DNA of 64,000 nucleotides from Giardia intestinalis (Eukaryota): NCBI GenBank assembly GCA_000002435.2, contig CM018792.1; one strand, 5' to 3'. Shown piece by piece: positions 61,801 to 64,000 of this stretch (position 1 is its first letter; each line of letters starts with the position of its first letter). The notes under the pieces were generated by a model. It saw only the letters and a program-made list of their open reading frames with translations, ran no database searches and was not told where the DNA came from. The position numbers and the translations under genes were made by a program.

Positions 61801-61988
61801 TCTGCGAGTGCAACCCGGGATTCAACCTGAACGATAGAAAAGACGCGTGCGAGGCGGTTGCCAACACAAACAAGAGTAGTGGCCTTTCTACCGGCGCCAT
61901 TGCAGGCATTGCTGTGGCTGCTGTTATTGTCGTCGGGGGCCTCGTCGGCTTCCTCTGCTGGTGGTTCCTCTGCCGGGGCAAAGCGTAG
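58899..61988 (+). CDS. Variant-specific surface protein (VSP). It has a signal peptide, thirteen identical 74-aa Cys-rich repeats, a transmembrane segment and the CRGKA tail.
   Basis: The start is taken at MLVGFLLVCATVLA, which is signal-like; the track ORF extends 77 codons upstream without a signal. Each repeat is EAVANTNCAQELQNAGCKTCGPNDQTCLDCKTPGENVQLDKRSCGPTCPQNSSPNQNVCECNPGFNLNDRKDAC, with 10 Cys and 2 CXXC. The C-terminus is GAIAGIAVAAVIVVGGLVGFLCWWFLCRGKA*. The extended VSP 3' motif follows the stop. Confidence 0.9.
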   Translation: MLVGFLLVCATVLAKYSGKTSSEAVANTNCAQELQNAGCKTCGPNDQTCLDCKTPGENVQLDKRSCGPTCPQNSSPNQNVCECNPGFNLNDRKDACEAVANTNCAQELQNAGCKTCGPNDQTCLDCKTPGENVQLDKRSCGPTCPQNSSPNQNVCECNPGFNLNDRKDACEAVANTNCAQELQNAGCKTCGPNDQTCLDCKTPGENVQLDKRSCGPTCPQNSSPNQNVCECNPGFNLNDRKDACEAVANTNCAQELQNAGCKTCGPNDQTCLDCKTPGENVQLDKRSCGPTCPQNSSPNQNVCECNPGFNLNDRKDACEAVANTNCAQELQNAGCKTCGPNDQTCLDCKTPGENVQLDKRSCGPTCPQNSSPNQNVCECNPGFNLNDRKDACEAVANTNCAQELQNAGCKTCGPNDQTCLDCKTPGENVQLDKRSCGPTCPQNSSPNQNVCECNPGFNLNDRKDACEAVANTNCAQELQNAGCKTCGPNDQTCLDCKTPGENVQLDKRSCGPTCPQNSSPNQNVCECNPGFNLNDRKDACEAVANTNCAQELQNAGCKTCGPNDQTCLDCKTPGENVQLDKRSCGPTCPQNSSPNQNVCECNPGFNLNDRKDACEAVANTNCAQELQNAGCKTCGPNDQTCLDCKTPGENVQLDKRSCGPTCPQNSSPNQNVCECNPGFNLNDRKDACEAVANTNCAQELQNAGCKTCGPNDQTCLDCKTPGENVQLDKRSCGPTCPQNSSPNQNVCECNPGFNLNDRKDACEAVANTNCAQELQNAGCKTCGPNDQTCLDCKTPGENVQLDKRSCGPTCPQNSSPNQNVCECNPGFNLNDRKDACEAVANTNCAQELQNAGCKTCGPNDQTCLDCKTPGENVQLDKRSCGPTCPQNSSPNQNVCECNPGFNLNDRKDACEAVANTNCAQELQNAGCKTCGPNDQTCLDCKTPGENVQLDKRSCGPTCPQNSSPNQNVCECNPGFNLNDRKDACEAVANTNKSSGLSTGAIAGIAVAAVIVVGGLVGFLCWWFLCRGKA
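58965..61871 (+). repeat. Tandem array of 13.1 copies of a 222-bp unit, all copies identical, inside the VSP coding sequence.
   Basis: GAGGCGGTTGCCAACACAAACTGCGCACAAGAGCTGCAG recurs at 58965, 59187, ... 61851 with an exact period of 222. The overlapping off-frame ORFs in the track are identical in every copy. Confidence 0.95.
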
Positions 61989-62000
61989 ATTTAACTGTAC

Positions 62001-62015
62001 ACTTAGGTAGTAAAC
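62001..62015 (+). promoter_or_regulatory. Extended VSP polyadenylation signal ACTTAGGTAGTAAAC.
   Basis: The motif lies 13 nt after the TAG stop. It matches the conserved VSP 3' element ACTYAGRTAGTRAAY known from Giardia VSP genes. Confidence 0.6.
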
Positions 62016-62373
62016 GTATTATATCAACGGATTCCGCTGGGGGCTGCCCGAGTGTAATTCTTGATTGCACAGTACTGCGGGACAATAAACAAATACAAGC
62101 TCAGTAGTTGTGGGCTCACATTTCCCTAGTAGTAGATAGCCCTTTACAAAAAGCTTCAGGAAGAGATGAACACTAAGGTGGGCACAGGGTAGCAAGATAG
62201 ACTTAAGGAGAAAAGGATGCTTCATCAGAACTAGACACTAGAGGACTTTAGATGTAGAACAGCCGATTGTAAATTTGAGTAGCAACTTGTGCTAAGCAAT
62301 ACCAATGAGTAGTTGCAGAATCACCCGCTGAAGCAGAGCAAGTTCGATGTTTTAATTGTAAATTTCAAATCTT

Positions 62374-62694
62374 ATGCCATTGGGGCTTAAGCCAGAAAAT
62401 GTCCAGAACTACGATGTTATACACAGAGAACTGGAGAAGAAGAACATAGAATCTCGCTGTAAGTGGCAAAAGACTTACGGAAATTGGTTTGACGAATCGG
62501 ATGCGCGTTTCCTAAAGACAGTGAGTGAGATGAAGAGTGACAATTCTGCCCTTCCAGCTGACACTTATAAGTATAAGCCTGTTCTCAAACATCCCTTTAA
62601 TCCTAACAATCTAGAGGAAGGGCTTTTTAAGCCAAATGACTTTTCAGTTCCAAAGTGTCAAGAAACCAGTGTTTGCGACATGCCAGGCTGGTAG
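62374..62694 (+). CDS. Small hypothetical protein of 106 aa.
   Basis: The ORF starts with ATG and has AT-rich upstream sequence. No motif was recognised. Confidence 0.35.
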   Translation: MPLGLKPENVQNYDVIHRELEKKNIESRCKWQKTYGNWFDESDARFLKTVSEMKSDNSALPADTYKYKPVLKHPFNPNNLEEGLFKPNDFSVPKCQETSVCDMPGW

Positions 62695-62809
62695 GCGTAT
62701 AAGTGCATAGTAGTGATCATAGTGTAGCACTTGGATCGCGGACAGTAGACTTGTAAACGGCCATTTTCTTGCGCTGGGAATCGCGACCGCCAATTAAAAA
62801 TCAAAAAAC

Positions 62810-64000
62810 ATGCAACCCCAGGTTGTCAGGCAGCTATCGTCCGCAACGCCTGGGAAAATAATAGTTGTCAAGGAGCAGGAGCCGCGTCCTATTCGGTCAG
62901 GTTCCGCACATTATGCTATGGACAGACGGGCTGCTCCGCCTAGTACCGCTTATTCTGGTCCAGGCAGAAAGAAATCCTCCAGCAGTAAGCAAGCGCACGC
63001 CAAGAATACTCCTAAGCAGACAGGTAAGAAGAAGATGCGCAGCGGCACGCCAAAGAAGCAGCGGATTCCAGAGCCGCCACAGCTTCAGCCTCCAGTGCGG
63101 CATAAAGATACCAGTCTTAAGGATACTTTGGTTACCGCGTTGTTAGCTCGCATGCGCGCTGAGGGACCGCTGTTTGGAGCTTCTGTTTCCCGATCCATCA
63201 CGCCGAGTGGGGTCGCCCCGGCCCCTCAGCAATCTATCTTTACTACCACCTCTATGGAGGACGAACTTATCAAGAAGCTAAAGCAAGCTGTTGTTGACAC
63301 GCTCCATGAAGAAGGGATAAGCAGGCATGAAGATTCACCTAAGGTGCTTCGAAATAGCTTGACTTCGACGAGGAATTTTGGGACAGAGACAGACAGACCT
63401 CGGGACAGGAGCGATGATAGAGTAGCAAAAGATGTGCGTAAACGCAAGAAGGCTGACCCAGGGGCGACTCAGGTTACAAAGACATCGGTTCAGCTTCCTA
63501 ATAGACTAAACGCTATACAGCAAAAGACTAAGGCAGAGCCACCAGTGCAGTCAGCCTATGATGATTTTCAGGATAATGACCTTTACGAAAAAGAGCTAAA
63601 CGAGCTAATGAACAGCACTTATATTCCTGGAACGACAGTCGACGAGTACACTGTCAATCCATCTTCAGCAGACGACGTAATTGATTTGACGGCTCCGGTA
63701 AAGTCAGACGCACACGTCCCAGCACTATATGACCGTGTCAACATGGACTGGCCTTCTCGTGAAGGCAAGCAAGCAAAGCGTACCAACAATCTTGCTGAGG
63801 GGCAACCTCCAGATCCTCTAACTGAGAACTATGACGGAAGCGATAGCGAGCAGTCAGTGGTCACCAAAGAGCTCCATAATGCCGTCGAGATGATTACAAA
63901 GCTTGCCCCGTTGGTGCCCAACAACACCAAGGAAGACAAGAACATTTCTCAAATGGTAACAAATCTTAGCACAGCCATCAATACTATATATCATGCCTAT
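62810..64000 (+). CDS. 3'-partial gene, open for 397 codons to the window end. It encodes a Lys/Ser/Pro-rich basic hypothetical protein. It is absent from the supplied ORF track.
   Basis: Manual translation from the ATG at 62810 (MQPQVVRQLSSATPGKIIVVKEQEPRP...) reaches position 64000 with no stop. The initiator caattaaaaatcaaaaaacATG is a textbook Giardia start context. The listed ORFs here (62865..63146 +, 62897..63103 -, 63226..63447 -) are off-frame or antisense. Confidence 0.6.
   Translation, partial: MQPQVVRQLSSATPGKIIVVKEQEPRPIRSGSAHYAMDRRAAPPSTAYSGPGRKKSSSSKQAHAKNTPKQTGKKKMRSGTPKKQRIPEPPQLQPPVRHKDTSLKDTLVTALLARMRAEGPLFGASVSRSITPSGVAPAPQQSIFTTTSMEDELIKKLKQAVVDTLHEEGISRHEDSPKVLRNSLTSTRNFGTETDRPRDRSDDRVAKDVRKRKKADPGATQVTKTSVQLPNRLNAIQQKTKAEPPVQSAYDDFQDNDLYEKELNELMNSTYIPGTTVDEYTVNPSSADDVIDLTAPVKSDAHVPALYDRVNMDWPSREGKQAKRTNNLAEGQPPDPLTENYDGSDSEQSVVTKELHNAVEMITKLAPLVPNNTKEDKNISQMVTNLSTAINTIYHAY

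Noticed and set aside
58965-61871. Could the regular 222-bp repeats be a CRISPR-like or satellite array?
   Set aside because: The repeats are perfectly in-frame coding sequence of a eukaryotic surface protein. No spacers or prokaryotic context exist, and the genome is eukaryotic.
58814-61981. Very long antisense ORFs (1055 aa and 959 aa on the reverse strand) and twelve identical 64-aa plus-strand ORFs inside the VSP repeat array.
   Set aside because: They are artefacts of a stop-free 222-bp repeat read in other frames. The in-frame VSP reading has a signal peptide, CXXC motifs, a transmembrane segment and the CRGKA tail.
1-64000. Searched for tRNA-like GGTTCGAATCC or GTTCGA T-loops, telomeric TAGGG repeats and retrotransposon-like RT or LTR features.
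   Set aside because: None found by eye. agcagttcgagg at about 37090 lacks surrounding tRNA structure.
1-64000. A prokaryotic defence or novel-system interpretation of the window.
   Set aside because: Gene structure, protein families (coatomer, eIF5, eL18, PWP1, DHS, VSP) and regulatory motifs are unambiguously eukaryotic (Giardia). No operon-like prokaryotic cassette is present.

Overview
This window is a compact, essentially intronless eukaryotic chromosome segment, most likely Giardia intestinalis (lamblia); it is not prokaryotic. I base the organism call on four things read directly from the sequence: (1) the 1106-aa ORF at 58668..61988 ends in ...GFLCWWFLCRGKA, the hallmark tail of Giardia variant-specific surface proteins (VSP), and is followed by the extended VSP 3' motif ACTTAGGTAGTAAAC; (2) the ORF at 24435..26852 is a CXXC-rich high-cysteine membrane protein with a VSP-like transmembrane segment; (3) almost every credible start codon is preceded by a short A-rich initiator such as AAATTTAAAATG or CAATTAAAAATCAAAAAACATG; and (4) AGTRAAY polyadenylation signals lie a few nucleotides after stop codons, with intergenic spacers of 10-150 bp. 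The supplied ORF track accepts GTG/TTG starts, so I re-derived ATG starts where it mattered. About 30 protein-coding genes are packed on both strands. Those I can name from motifs are: coatomer alpha, deoxyhypusine synthase, eIF5, ribosomal protein eL18, the WD40 protein PWP1, a PUF/Pumilio RNA-binding protein, a PIAS-like SP-RING SUMO E3 ligase, a NEK-like Ser/Thr kinase, an actin-related protein, a MIF/tautomerase-like protein, a PHO80-like cyclin, a leucine-rich-repeat protein, a membrane-anchored papain-family cysteine protease, one HCMP and one VSP. The rest are several large lineage-specific hypothetical proteins. The most notable features are: a VSP gene whose ectodomain is built from 13 perfectly identical 222-bp (74-aa, 10-Cys) tandem repeats; two GC-rich patches of gene debris (an ABC-transporter nucleotide-binding domain with a frameshift at the window start, and a mosaic of an HCMP-like fragment, a DEAD-box helicase C-terminal fragment and an ATG-less EGF+TM remnant around 55.5-58.6 kb) flanking intact surface-antigen genes; a VSP-like pseudogene fragment just upstream of the HCMP; a tandem pair of tiny acidic paralogous genes; and palindromic or direct-repeat elements inside divergent promoters. 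No CRISPR array, rRNA or tRNA, or recognisable transposon was found. I could not run any database search, so all identifications rest on remembered family motifs.
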